Shown here piece after piece: positions 10,196 to 19,266 of a stretch of DNA of 64,000 nt. This DNA is from an uncultured Candidatus Saccharibacteria bacterium (GTDB taxonomy: Bacteria; Patescibacteriota; Minisyncoccia; Phycocordibacterales; UBA9973). The position numbers and the translations under genes are program-made. How positions within the stretch are numbered: the stretch's first letter is position 1; each line of letters opens with the position of its first letter. Under the pieces are notes generated by a model. The model saw only the letters and a program-made list of their open reading frames with translations, made no database searches and was not told the origin of the DNA. Location of the stretch: contig CAYOLW010000003.1 in assembly GCA_964404925.1 (NCBI GenBank), positions 575 through 64,574 of the forward strand. The letters are read 5' to 3'.

Positions 10196-10822
10196 TTAAC
10201 ACAAGATTTTTTCTATTGTTGGCACGAGTTCACGAGGATCTTCTATAATAACAGCAGGGTTACCTGACTGTAAAAGTTCACGATTGTGTAGTCCCCAGGT
10301 TTCAGCAATAACAGGCACACCACAAGAGTTACCTTCCTCTATGTCACCTAATGTATCAGTCACAAACACCGCCTCAGTGGGTAGTAAGTTGTATTTCTCA
10401 AACAGAGATTTAATCCTTACTACTTTGCTTTTGTGGAATTCATAGCCCAGAATTTCTGAGAAGCAACCTCCAAGATTTTCTTTGTTTATGAAATTTGTCA
10501 CGACTGGCCCACTGCTTGAAGTTACTATTACTAGTATATATTTATCAGATAAATGTAAAACGGCATCATGCAGTATGTCATGTATTGTATAGCGGAAAAT
10601 ACCCTCTTCGTATTGTTTAAAGAATTCTTCATGCCCTGTTTCTACTAGATTATGTTTCACTTTTGCTTCTTGCCATTTTTCATGGAAATTACCATTTGAT
10701 ATTTCACTATATTGCTCAAACGTGAAATGCGGATTAACCCTCTGGTGTATCTCAAAAGACAAATCAGCTGTATTGATAAATACCCCATCGAAATCAAAGA
10801 TTACTAATTTTTTCTTATCCAT
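10196..10822 (-). CDS. HAD-superfamily hydrolase
   Basis: N-terminal motif I VIFDFDGVFINT (DxDG), later VTSSS (motif II-like) and an acidic motif IV. Confidence 0.75.
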   Translation of the reverse strand: MDKKKLVIFDFDGVFINTADLSFEIHQRVNPHFTFEQYSEISNGNFHEKWQEAKVKHNLVETGHEEFFKQYEEGIFRYTIHDILHDAVLHLSDKYILVIVTSSSGPVVTNFINKENLGGCFSEILGYEFHKSKVVRIKSLFEKYNLLPTEAVFVTDTLGDIEEGNSCGVPVIAETWGLHNRELLQSGNPAVIIEDPRELVPTIEKILC

Positions 10823-10825
10823 AAT

Positions 10826-11470
10826 TTATATTTCAAAATTTTTAAGTTCCTCTATATACGGTGCGGCAGTAGCATCATTTATGTCTTCTGGTTTAATGTT
10901 ACATTTAGCAAATATTTGGTTTTCTATTTCTTTACCACAATCTACCAAATGCTGACGCTCCAAGTTGTCAAAGCCGCTTCTGCCAGCATACCGCCTGCGG
11001 GCTTCTTCCATACGTTCTTCATACGAAACAATTCCAAAAGGGTTCACTCGCATATCAGCATGATGCATTATTTTTAGCAGCACATCATCGGATGCTGCGT
11101 GTTCACATAAAAGAGTGAAATGATTCTGATCAGCTAATGCCCCAATTTCTTCTGCTAATCCTAACTCCCGGATTATTTGTATGGTTGCATTATGTTCATT
11201 TTCACCATATTTTTCTCTATATTCACCCTGTACAGCTTGCCAATACTCCACCCCTTCTGGTTCAAACATATCTGGAAAAACATCAAACTTGAATTTGAGT
11301 ATATTACCCATATCATGCAGTAGGCATACGGTGACTATTTTATTTTTATCAATCGTATCTCCCTGCCAATTATCACAAATCATCGCTGCTACTGCTGCAA
11401 CCCGCAGCATGTGCATTTGCAGTGTAGGTGGGATTTTATAATTTTTATATATTTCAGAAATCGTCCGCAT
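10826..11470 (-). CDS. HD-domain phosphohydrolase
   Basis: HMLRVAA...LLHDMGN (H...HD motif) and a later H..D pair. 214 aa. Confidence 0.6.
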   Translation of the reverse strand: MRTISEIYKNYKIPPTLQMHMLRVAAVAAMICDNWQGDTIDKNKIVTVCLLHDMGNILKFKFDVFPDMFEPEGVEYWQAVQGEYREKYGENEHNATIQIIRELGLAEEIGALADQNHFTLLCEHAASDDVLLKIMHHADMRVNPFGIVSYEERMEEARRRYAGRSGFDNLERQHLVDCGKEIENQIFAKCNIKPEDINDATAAPYIEELKNFEI

Positions 11471-14400
11471 TATTTTTCAATCTTAATTTTAAATACTAGA
11501 TTTTCTACTTTAATCTCAACACCATCATTAGGGACGAAGGACAGGTCTTTGGCACCAACTGTCTTTACAAAATCATCTTTGAATTTTTCTACTAATTCCT
11601 TTCCGGTGTTATCTGTTTCAATCAACAGACTAACCATATCACTTGGTAATAGATTCATTTGTTTACGGATGTCTTGCACAGCGCGAACCAATTCTCGATA
11701 GTCCCCTTCTTGTTTTAATTCAGGAGTTATTTCTGTATCTATTTTAATTTCTCCAGCCTTCACTTCTTTTACATTCAATTCATCTTTTATAATTTCTATA
11801 TATGAAGCAGCTGGTAACTCAGGCATAAAGAAAGCGGCCAGAGGTTGCCTAACTGGCAAGTTATTTACTTGTCTTTCTTTCATTCCAAGCGAAATGAACT
11901 CTCGAACTTTCTGCATTTCCGCTGTGTCAAAGGCACCCTTTGGTATTTGTGGCCAATTAGACAAATGCACACTCTCTGCGTCACCATCTACTTTCAACTT
12001 CTGCCACACATCTTCGGCGGCAAATGGTGCAAATGGTGCAAGTAGTTTTGCAATATTCTTTAGTACGAAATACAACGTTGCTTTAGCATTAACATCACCT
12101 TCCTTTATTCGATCTCGTGAACGACGCAGATACCAAGTAGACAAATCGCCCATGAATTCGCGCATGGCACGGACTGGCTCAAGCACCTTGTACTCATCCA
12201 TGTTCTTAGTGGTAAGTTCTGTTAGTTCAGCAAGTTTTGCCAATATCCACTGATCAAGCACATTCGCTTCCCCGAGATTGGACCTCAAAGACCCCAGAGG
12301 TCCAACCTCTGCATCCTTTTCTAAATTTTTATCTCTGTACAATTCATAGAAGGCCAGCACATTATAGTAGAGTCCAAAAACTTGGCGATTTAAATCAAGT
12401 ACAGTCTTCTCATCAAAATTCTTAGACTCACCTGGTTGATTAACTGAATACATCCACAGACGCAGAGTATCAACTCCGTATTTTTCAATCATACTCCATG
12501 GGTCAACGATGTTACCTAATGATTTAGACATTTTCTTACCCTTGGCATCGAGCAAGTGACCAAGGCAGATAACATTGCGGTATGCTTTTCCGCGACCCAT
12601 TAGTACACCCACAGCATGTAGCGTGTAGAACCACCCTCGGGTCTGATCGATAGCTTCAGAAATGTAATCAGCTGGGTAGCCAGGACCATCGACGAAATCC
12701 TTGTTTTCAAATGGATAATGATCCTGAGCAAAAGGCATCGCACCCGAGTCGAACCACACATCCATCACTTCTTTAGTGCGATGAAATTCTTCTCCATCTT
12801 TTTCCAAAACAACCTCATCGATATATGGTCGATGGAAATCAAGTTCATAATCTTCATTATGTGGTATTGGTGCAAAATCAAGATCTCGGCATTCTGCATT
12901 TTTAAATCTTTCAAAACCTTTGATAAACACACCCCTGTCTTGATCGGGTACATAGTCATGGCTATTCGGCGTATGTATACCAGAGGCAACAAAGAAAAGC
13001 CAAGCTGTGCCACCATGGGTCACAAATAATATATTTTTATTTTTATATTTTTCTTCTATTTCATACAGTGCTGCGCCTACTCGCTTTAACACATCAGCGA
13101 ATGATTCCCCGCCTGGTATTTTATGTGTAAACCAGTTCGCACCAACGCTCGAAACATAATCATGATAATCACGCCAACTTTTACCATCAAGTTCCCCTGG
13201 GTTAATCTCACCCAAACGCGGGTCTTCTACGACTTGGTCTTGAGACAATCCTAATCTATCACGTAATATTTCGGTTGTTTCTAAGGTGCGAGTAAATGGT
13301 GAAGTTATAATAAGGTCTATTTTTTTATCAGCTAGACTCTCCGCTGTCTTGGCTACATCTGCGCGTCCTGTTTCGGTGAGGTTGTCTTCTGCTTGTTTAC
13401 TGTAGCTCACGAGTCCGCTTTGATTACCCTCGGTGCCGCCGTGGCGCATGACGAAATATTTGTTTCCAGATTTCTTGGTATATTTTTTTAGAGTGTCGAG
13501 TGAATCAACCACAATCTTTTTACCATCACTGGCAAGCCACACCGGCAGGGGTGTTCCCCAATACCTTTCACGTGATATAGCCCAGTCCTTCACTCCATCA
13601 ATCCATTCACCAAATCTTCCCTCGCGAATATGAGACGGCTCCCAGTTAATGGTTTTATTTTCTTCGATAAGTTTCTTTTTTATTTCTGGATCGGTCATAC
13701 GCACATACCAAGAATCGCGTGCGTAGTATATAAGCGCAGTCTTGCAACGCCAACAGTGCGGATATGAGTGCTCATATAGTTCTTTATTGAAATACAGATT
13801 ATTCTCCTGCAAATATTTTATGATATCTACATCAAGAGTTGGTTTACCTTCTTCATTTTTTTCTTTTACAAATCTGCCTTCGAGGAATCCAGTACCCGGG
13901 ATAAATTTACCTTCAAGGTTCACAAGGTGGTGTTTAGGTAGTCCAACCTCGGTGCCGAGAACAAAGTCATCCTGACCGTACATCACCGCCGTATGCACTA
14001 TACCAGTACCATCTTCGGTGGTAACAAAATCAGCTGCATATACTTTGTACGCCCTGCTTTCTAACTTTTCTTTTTCAGTATCTGAAATAGTATCCGCCAT
14101 GTATGGAAAAAGTGGTTCGTATTCAAGACCAACAAGGTCTGAGCCTTTAAATTCAGATAATATTTCATAACCATCCCCTAATATAGACAGCCGAGCTTTT
14201 GCTAAAATTAAACTCTCCGGCTCTTTGAGGTCGGACCTCAAAGATTCCCCGAGGTCCGACCTCTGCCCGCCGGCAATCCTAACTTTTACATAATCAATAT
14301 CCTTTCCCAATGCTAATGCCACGTTGCCAGGCAATGTCCACGGAGTAGTAGTCCAGGCAAGAATATAAGTATTTTCTTGTCCTTTAACTTTAAACTTCAC

Positions 14401-15021
14401 ATACAAAGACAAATCTTTTACATCTTCATACCCTTGAGCAAGCTCGTGTGAAGAAAGCGCAGTCCCGCAGCGAGGACACCAGGGTACAACCTTATAATCC
14501 TTATACAGCAAATTCTGATCGTCTATTCTTTTAACCACACTCCAGAGTGATTCAATATAGCTATTATGATATGTCACATATGGATGCTTCTGGTCTACCC
14601 AGTATCCAATGCGTTCGGTAAATTTGTTCCACTGGTCGAGATACATCCATACGTTTTCTTTACACTCTTTGTTGAATTGAGCTACTCCGTACTCCTCGAT
14701 CATTTTCTTGGAGTTTAATCCGAGCTTTTTCTCTACTTGCAATTCCACCGGTAATCCGTGTGTATCCCATCCGCCTTTACGACGAACATGGAATCCCTGC
14801 ATAGTTTTGTAGCGAGGAATGACGTCTTTGAATGCACGCGCTTCGAGGTGGTGAATGCCAGGGTTACCGTTAGCTGTTGGTGGACCTTCATAAAAGACAA
14901 ACTCTTTACCAGAATTTGCTCGCTCGTCCATCGACTTTTGGAAAATATTATTTTCTTTCCAAAATTCTAATACCATCTCCTCGTTTTGTGCATATGCACT
15001 TTTTTTTATTTCCTCGCTCAT
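11470..15021 (-). CDS. ileS: isoleucyl-tRNA synthetase (type-2/eukaryote-like) carrying an internal histidine-phosphatase-like insertion
   Basis: PPTANGNPGIHH (HIGH), WTTTPWTLPGN (CP1 editing), WGTPLPVW, DVWFDSG, KMSKSLGN (KMSKS). 1183 aa. The insertion is described in the findings. Confidence 0.95.
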   Translation of the reverse strand: MSEEIKKSAYAQNEEMVLEFWKENNIFQKSMDERANSGKEFVFYEGPPTANGNPGIHHLEARAFKDVIPRYKTMQGFHVRRKGGWDTHGLPVELQVEKKLGLNSKKMIEEYGVAQFNKECKENVWMYLDQWNKFTERIGYWVDQKHPYVTYHNSYIESLWSVVKRIDDQNLLYKDYKVVPWCPRCGTALSSHELAQGYEDVKDLSLYVKFKVKGQENTYILAWTTTPWTLPGNVALALGKDIDYVKVRIAGGQRSDLGESLRSDLKEPESLILAKARLSILGDGYEILSEFKGSDLVGLEYEPLFPYMADTISDTEKEKLESRAYKVYAADFVTTEDGTGIVHTAVMYGQDDFVLGTEVGLPKHHLVNLEGKFIPGTGFLEGRFVKEKNEEGKPTLDVDIIKYLQENNLYFNKELYEHSYPHCWRCKTALIYYARDSWYVRMTDPEIKKKLIEENKTINWEPSHIREGRFGEWIDGVKDWAISRERYWGTPLPVWLASDGKKIVVDSLDTLKKYTKKSGNKYFVMRHGGTEGNQSGLVSYSKQAEDNLTETGRADVAKTAESLADKKIDLIITSPFTRTLETTEILRDRLGLSQDQVVEDPRLGEINPGELDGKSWRDYHDYVSSVGANWFTHKIPGGESFADVLKRVGAALYEIEEKYKNKNILFVTHGGTAWLFFVASGIHTPNSHDYVPDQDRGVFIKGFERFKNAECRDLDFAPIPHNEDYELDFHRPYIDEVVLEKDGEEFHRTKEVMDVWFDSGAMPFAQDHYPFENKDFVDGPGYPADYISEAIDQTRGWFYTLHAVGVLMGRGKAYRNVICLGHLLDAKGKKMSKSLGNIVDPWSMIEKYGVDTLRLWMYSVNQPGESKNFDEKTVLDLNRQVFGLYYNVLAFYELYRDKNLEKDAEVGPLGSLRSNLGEANVLDQWILAKLAELTELTTKNMDEYKVLEPVRAMREFMGDLSTWYLRRSRDRIKEGDVNAKATLYFVLKNIAKLLAPFAPFAAEDVWQKLKVDGDAESVHLSNWPQIPKGAFDTAEMQKVREFISLGMKERQVNNLPVRQPLAAFFMPELPAASYIEIIKDELNVKEVKAGEIKIDTEITPELKQEGDYRELVRAVQDIRKQMNLLPSDMVSLLIETDNTGKELVEKFKDDFVKTVGAKDLSFVPNDGVEIKVENLVFKIKIEK
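12273..12308. repeat. in-frame palindromic mini-element inside ileS (gagattggacctc-aaagacccca-gaggtccaacctc)
   Basis: 13-nt arms that are reverse complements with one mismatch around a 10-nt spacer. Reads through in-frame as ...GSLRSNLGEA.... Confidence 0.6.
14225..14261. repeat. in-frame palindromic mini-element inside ileS (gaggtcggacctc-aaagattcccc-gaggtccgacctc)
   Basis: Perfect 13-nt inverted repeat around an 11-nt spacer. Shares the ggacctcaaaga core with the 12273 copy. Encodes ...SDLGESLRSDLKEP.... Confidence 0.65.
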
Positions 15022-15039
15022 AGTTTTTAAAATTTAATT

Positions 15040-15250
15040 AATAATTAAAAAAGCTCGCCCTTGAAAAACATAAATGTTTTCCAAGGGCGAGCTTGCAAGT
15101 TCGTTTATGGTGAACTTGTGAACCGCGGTACCACCTTAGTTTGATCTTTTTTATAGCTATTACGGGCCACCCGTCGGGTTCTAGTCAGCTTTCGCCTTTC
15201 TTCCCAAAGCATCAGACATGATGTGTCTTCAAGCGCTTGTATCTTCACAA
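15040..15250 (-). promoter_or_regulatory. T-box riboswitch leader upstream of ileS (probable Ile specifier)
   Basis: On the minus strand, AAACTAAGGTGGTACCGCGG (plus 15123-15142) matches the conserved T-box sequence AAnnnGGGUGGnACCGCG. It is followed by the terminator helix gctcgcccttgg...caagggcgagc + UUUUUU, ~30 nt before the ileS ATG. An AUC-A is present in the 5' half (plus 15219-15222) as a candidate specifier. Confidence 0.7.
15046..15092 (-). terminator. intrinsic terminator of the ileS T-box leader (attenuator)
   Basis: 11-bp stem gctcgcccttg/caagggcgagc with T6 on the transcribed (minus) strand. Confidence 0.7.
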
Positions 15251-15252
15251 TA

Positions 15253-16935
15253 CTACATTTTCTCTGGAGTTTCAATGCCGAGTAGATATAGGCCGTTTTT
15301 GAGCGTGGTATTAAACGCTTTTACAATAGCGAGGTTGTACTGCATTTCTGGGTTAGCTTCATCTATCACTCGCACCCGTCCATACCAAGAATTAAAGGCC
15401 TGAGAAAGCTCGAGTAGATATGCTACCAAATGGTGTGGTTCCCAAAGCGAAATACATTTCTCGACAACCTCCGGGAAACGAACCAAATGCTTTTCTATAT
15501 CGGTAATATTTTCTTTTGGCCCAAATTCAAAAGAAGCATTTGGAACTTTTTCCAAAACAGAATTAGACCGCACAGCGCTATACTGCAAGTACGGACCAGA
15601 GTCTCCCTCAAAAGAAAGTGAAGTCTCAGGATCAAAGTTTATATTTTTACCAGCCATACTTTTCAATATGGCAAATTTCAAAGCAGCCACAGATATCATT
15701 TCTTTAGTCTGCTCTGATAGATCTTTAGCTTTTTCTGTTACTTCTTCTGTTACTGCATCAAGCAAAGTGCTGGCAATCGGTACGCCACCTAAACGAGAAG
15801 ACATTTTCTGCCCCTTGAAGCTCATGCGCCCATGGGTACGATGCACTGTCTTGTCCTGCCAAGTTTTGTTTATTTTACCGGCTGCGTGCACTACAACTTT
15901 AAAATATTCAGACTGTTCGTGGTCAGTGATGAAAATAGATATATCTGGGTTGTATCTTGAGAACTTTAGGAACATTAAACCCACATCTTTCGCCTCATAA
16001 GTCGGATAGCCCTCCTTGTTTATAAACACGCGTGTATGTAGTCCGTCCTGTTCACCTTTGTAAATAGTAGCCCCATCAGACTCTTCAAAAACCTTCCCAA
16101 CGTTTTCGACAACCAACCTCTTGCCTTCTTTGCCGGCTTCACTTTCAAAAATATAAGCGTCAAATTTAGAACCAAGTTTGTCAGACATTGTTTTGAAATA
16201 CGACAAATTTATTTCTTTACCTATTTCATAAGCATCAAGTTCAGGACCTTGGATATGGTCGTAAATCATTTTTGTTATTTCACGTATGCGTGGCTCAATA
16301 CTTGAGTCTTCTTCCATCGCTCGAGTACCCCGTGCGTAACACTCACCAATATAAGTCAGCTTCTCACCCAAGGTATCCAGTGAATTGAGTTTATCCATAC
16401 CATCGAGAAGCATAATATAAATAGCCTTTCCGATACCGAGCGAGACATCTGAGGGGTACGAAATAGCGGTAACCTCTGCACCAGAAAACCGTGCAAAGCG
16501 TGTTATGGATTCTCCTATTGCATTGTTCATCAAGTGACCAATGTGAAAAGGTTTGAATAGGTTGATACTTGTGTGTTCGGTCAAAATTTCCTTACCTTTG
16601 TGTGTGTCTACCCTACCCCAATTTTCGCCCTGGGATAAAATGTTTTTTAGTTCATTAAAAAAATATTCGGATGATAAATAAAAATTAATAAACCCAGGAC
16701 CAGCAACTTCCACTTTGTCTATTTCTGTAATTTTATTTTTATTTAATTCTGCAACAATCTTTTCTGACAACTCTTTTGGGTTCTGTCCAAGTTTCTTTGC
16801 TAAAACCATTGATACATTGCACGAATAATCGCCCATCTTTAAATCAGACGGGTGCTCTAAGGTAATATTATCTACTTCGATATTCAACACTTGAAGTGCA
16901 GAAATTATTATGCTTTTTATTTTATCTTGTATCAT
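15253..16935 (-). CDS. argS: arginyl-tRNA synthetase
   Basis: N-terminal Arg_tRNA_synt_N pattern, HIGH-region PFHIGHLMNNAIG, KMSSRLGG (KMSK-like), C-terminal anticodon-binding domain ending in M. 560 aa. Confidence 0.9.
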   Translation of the reverse strand: MIQDKIKSIIISALQVLNIEVDNITLEHPSDLKMGDYSCNVSMVLAKKLGQNPKELSEKIVAELNKNKITEIDKVEVAGPGFINFYLSSEYFFNELKNILSQGENWGRVDTHKGKEILTEHTSINLFKPFHIGHLMNNAIGESITRFARFSGAEVTAISYPSDVSLGIGKAIYIMLLDGMDKLNSLDTLGEKLTYIGECYARGTRAMEEDSSIEPRIREITKMIYDHIQGPELDAYEIGKEINLSYFKTMSDKLGSKFDAYIFESEAGKEGKRLVVENVGKVFEESDGATIYKGEQDGLHTRVFINKEGYPTYEAKDVGLMFLKFSRYNPDISIFITDHEQSEYFKVVVHAAGKINKTWQDKTVHRTHGRMSFKGQKMSSRLGGVPIASTLLDAVTEEVTEKAKDLSEQTKEMISVAALKFAILKSMAGKNINFDPETSLSFEGDSGPYLQYSAVRSNSVLEKVPNASFEFGPKENITDIEKHLVRFPEVVEKCISLWEPHHLVAYLLELSQAFNSWYGRVRVIDEANPEMQYNLAIVKAFNTTLKNGLYLLGIETPEKM

Positions 16936-17357
16936 TTGTGTCCCGTACTACCCTCCCGGCCTTCGCCGCGAACTGTCTCTGACAGTAGGGATACCTCTAC
17001 AATATCACAATGTTCAAATTTTTGTATCAGCATCTGGGCCACTTTATGACCTGCCTCCATTACTACTTCCTCATTTTTAGTATTGTATAAACTCATGATT
17101 ATTTCCCCACGGTAGCTGGCATCGATCACCCCACCCATCACCTTGAGCCCCATGTTAAAAGATATCCCTGATTTATCCCAAATCAGACCCACGTGCCCAT
17201 CAGGAATTTCTATGGCTACCCCAGTAAGCACCCGCATTTGTGTCTGCGGAGGAAAAACAACCCGCTCATGTGCATAAAAATCCATACCCGCATCCCCTGG
17301 GTGCCCGTGTGTCGGCAACTTCGAATCTTCGTATAATTTTTTAACTTTGAGTTGCAT
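16932..17357 (-). CDS. dut: dUTP diphosphatase
   Basis: GDAGMDFYA, GLIWDKSG, GVIDASYRGE: dUTPase motifs 2-4. 141 aa. Confidence 0.85.
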   Translation of the reverse strand: MQLKVKKLYEDSKLPTHGHPGDAGMDFYAHERVVFPPQTQMRVLTGVAIEIPDGHVGLIWDKSGISFNMGLKVMGGVIDASYRGEIIMSLYNTKNEEVVMEAGHKVAQMLIQKFEHCDIVEVSLLSETVRGEGREGSTGHK

Positions 17358-17877
17358 GTAAATTATTTTTTATAATAGCAGAAATTTCTTTCATGTTTTG
17401 AAGTGAACCATTCAAAAAACCAGGAGTGAAGTCTTCTGGTTTTTTGTTTACCTGTTCTTCTAATTCTACTAGATTTATCCATTTTACCTCTGCCACTGCG
17501 TCTTTTTCTAAAATAAAATTTGTCGTGGAATCAACAACTACGTAGTATACACTGGCGAAACGTCTTGCGTTTTTTGTTTCATAGAAGTACTTTTTTGAAA
17601 ATACTGGGGTAATATCTTTTAAGCCAATTTCCTCTTCGGCTTCTTTTACTACAGTATCGTCATATTCAAAACCCTCAGCCACGGTACCCGCTACAGATGG
17701 ACCCCATTTATCAGGATCGATTTTTTTGGTCGGTCCCCTTTTTGCAAGCAAAACCTCTCCTTTTTCATTAAATACACACAGTCCAACGATTCGCTGAATG
17801 TCTTCACGTGTTGTTTCGTAACGCTCTTTATATGCAATTATTTCATCTTGCTCATTAACTATTGGTATTTTTTCCAT
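17341..17877 (-). CDS. NUDIX hydrolase
   Basis: Nudix-box-like GTVAEGFEYDDTVVKEAEEEIGL (Gx5Ex7[K/R]ExxEExG). Confidence 0.65.
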   Translation of the reverse strand: MEKIPIVNEQDEIIAYKERYETTREDIQRIVGLCVFNEKGEVLLAKRGPTKKIDPDKWGPSVAGTVAEGFEYDDTVVKEAEEEIGLKDITPVFSKKYFYETKNARRFASVYYVVVDSTTNFILEKDAVAEVKWINLVELEEQVNKKPEDFTPGFLNGSLQNMKEISAIIKNNLHATQS

Positions 17878-17879
17878 AA

Positions 17880-18560
17880 TTATTCTGTAAAAATATCTAA
17901 TAAAAGCTTTTTTAACTCCGGTCTCGCTTCACTAGTAAAGTTATGGTCTGTATCTATATGCATCTGGTTTATTTCGCTGGAAAGACTTTCCGGGTTGTTA
18001 GCCACAACTTCATCCTGATCAGCAAAAATAATCGTGGTGTTGTATTTCTGAACGAGATCGTTATATAAACCTATCGGCTCATATCTTTGCTTGTCTTGCC
18101 AAAACTCTTTTGGAACTATGGTTTTGCTACCATCTTTGCGACCAAGCACTGACTCGCCTTCTAAGTCTATATGAGTTTCTGGGTATTGTGAGAAGTACTT
18201 TATTGCTTTATTTATATCCTTACTCATTGATGGTGCGAGCAAAACAATCTGGTCAATTTTACCCAGTGTTGCAAGAGCGACAGGTATGGCTCCTTGTGAG
18301 TGGGTTATTATAGAAATCTGAGCTTCAGGATTCTGATCAATCAAGTTTGAGAAAACTTCAGTAAATTTCTTGCCTTGATCTGTTAATGAACTAGCAATGA
18401 TTGTATTCTCATCGGGCAGTTGGTTGTAATCAAAAAAAACACACCTATAACCTGGTAACCAGTCAGCTATTTCAGTAAACATCCCACGCGAATCCTTGCG
18501 TACACCGAACCCGTGTGAAAATATAACAAATTTATCCGTTTGTTTGTTGTTTGATTCCAT
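17880..18560 (-). CDS. alpha/beta-hydrolase fold protein
   Basis: Nucleophile elbow ITHSQGA (GxSxG-like); FSHGFG oxyanion region. Confidence 0.55.
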   Translation of the reverse strand: MESNNKQTDKFVIFSHGFGVRKDSRGMFTEIADWLPGYRCVFFDYNQLPDENTIIASSLTDQGKKFTEVFSNLIDQNPEAQISIITHSQGAIPVALATLGKIDQIVLLAPSMSKDINKAIKYFSQYPETHIDLEGESVLGRKDGSKTIVPKEFWQDKQRYEPIGLYNDLVQKYNTTIIFADQDEVVANNPESLSSEINQMHIDTDHNFTSEARPELKKLLLDIFTE

Positions 18561-18561
18561 T

Positions 18562-19263
18562 CTATTTAATTATTTTCTTAACTTCTTTATAAACCATTTC
18601 ATGAATAGCCTCGCGGGATAGTATATCGCCTTTTTTGGAACACTCTACCTTTATAAAATTTTTCAAAATCTTTGGCAACCACATCGCACTTCGGCGAGAA
18701 TTAGTAAGGAACGAAACATCACTCTCATGCACGTCTTTGTTCTTCTTTAAATATTTACGCTTCATCTGACTGCTTTCACGCTTATCTATAAGTTTCAAAA
18801 TTATTTCAATCGGCAGAGAAAGGTACAACGTCAGATCTGGGCGTGGAATCTTGAATGTTTCGTATTCCATTTCATCGAGCCATTTGATAAAAGCTTTGCG
18901 TTTGGCCGGGCTCGCAATTTTACCACCTTGGTGAATTTGGTTAGAGGACACATAACGATTAGATATAACAATGTTCCCTCCCCTCAACCATTTTTCAATT
19001 TTTTCTTTTGATTCCCACCTGTCAGCAGCATAGACAACGGAAGCTATTTTAGGATGAACCCCAAGCCAATTGTAATACTGTTCTGTCAGGCAGTGCCCAA
19101 TGAATTTACCAAAAAAATTATCATAATATTCCGGGAAATCTGCTACCTTCACTTTATACCCTTCATTTTTAAGCCTCTCGGCTAAAAGGGCAACCTGGGT
19201 AGCCTTGCCCGAACCATCAGTACCGTCAATAACTATGAATTTACCTTTTTTATTTTTCACCAT
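18562..19263 (-). CDS. tmk: thymidylate kinase-like nucleoside monophosphate kinase
   Basis: P-loop FIVIDGTDGSGKATQ (the dTMP kinase IEGxDGxGKST pattern). DRW/lid-like region is present. Confidence 0.7.
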   Translation of the reverse strand: MVKNKKGKFIVIDGTDGSGKATQVALLAERLKNEGYKVKVADFPEYYDNFFGKFIGHCLTEQYYNWLGVHPKIASVVYAADRWESKEKIEKWLRGGNIVISNRYVSSNQIHQGGKIASPAKRKAFIKWLDEMEYETFKIPRPDLTLYLSLPIEIILKLIDKRESSQMKRKYLKKNKDVHESDVSFLTNSRRSAMWLPKILKNFIKVECSKKGDILSREAIHEMVYKEVKKIIK

Positions 19264-19266
19264 AGA

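Noticed and set aside
12763-13537. Possibility that the extra IleRS segment is an intein
   Set aside because: No Cys/Ser at the upstream junction, no terminal His-Asn or downstream Cys/Ser/Thr nucleophile, and no endonuclease/Hint blocks. Instead it has ordered RHG histidine-phosphatase motifs.
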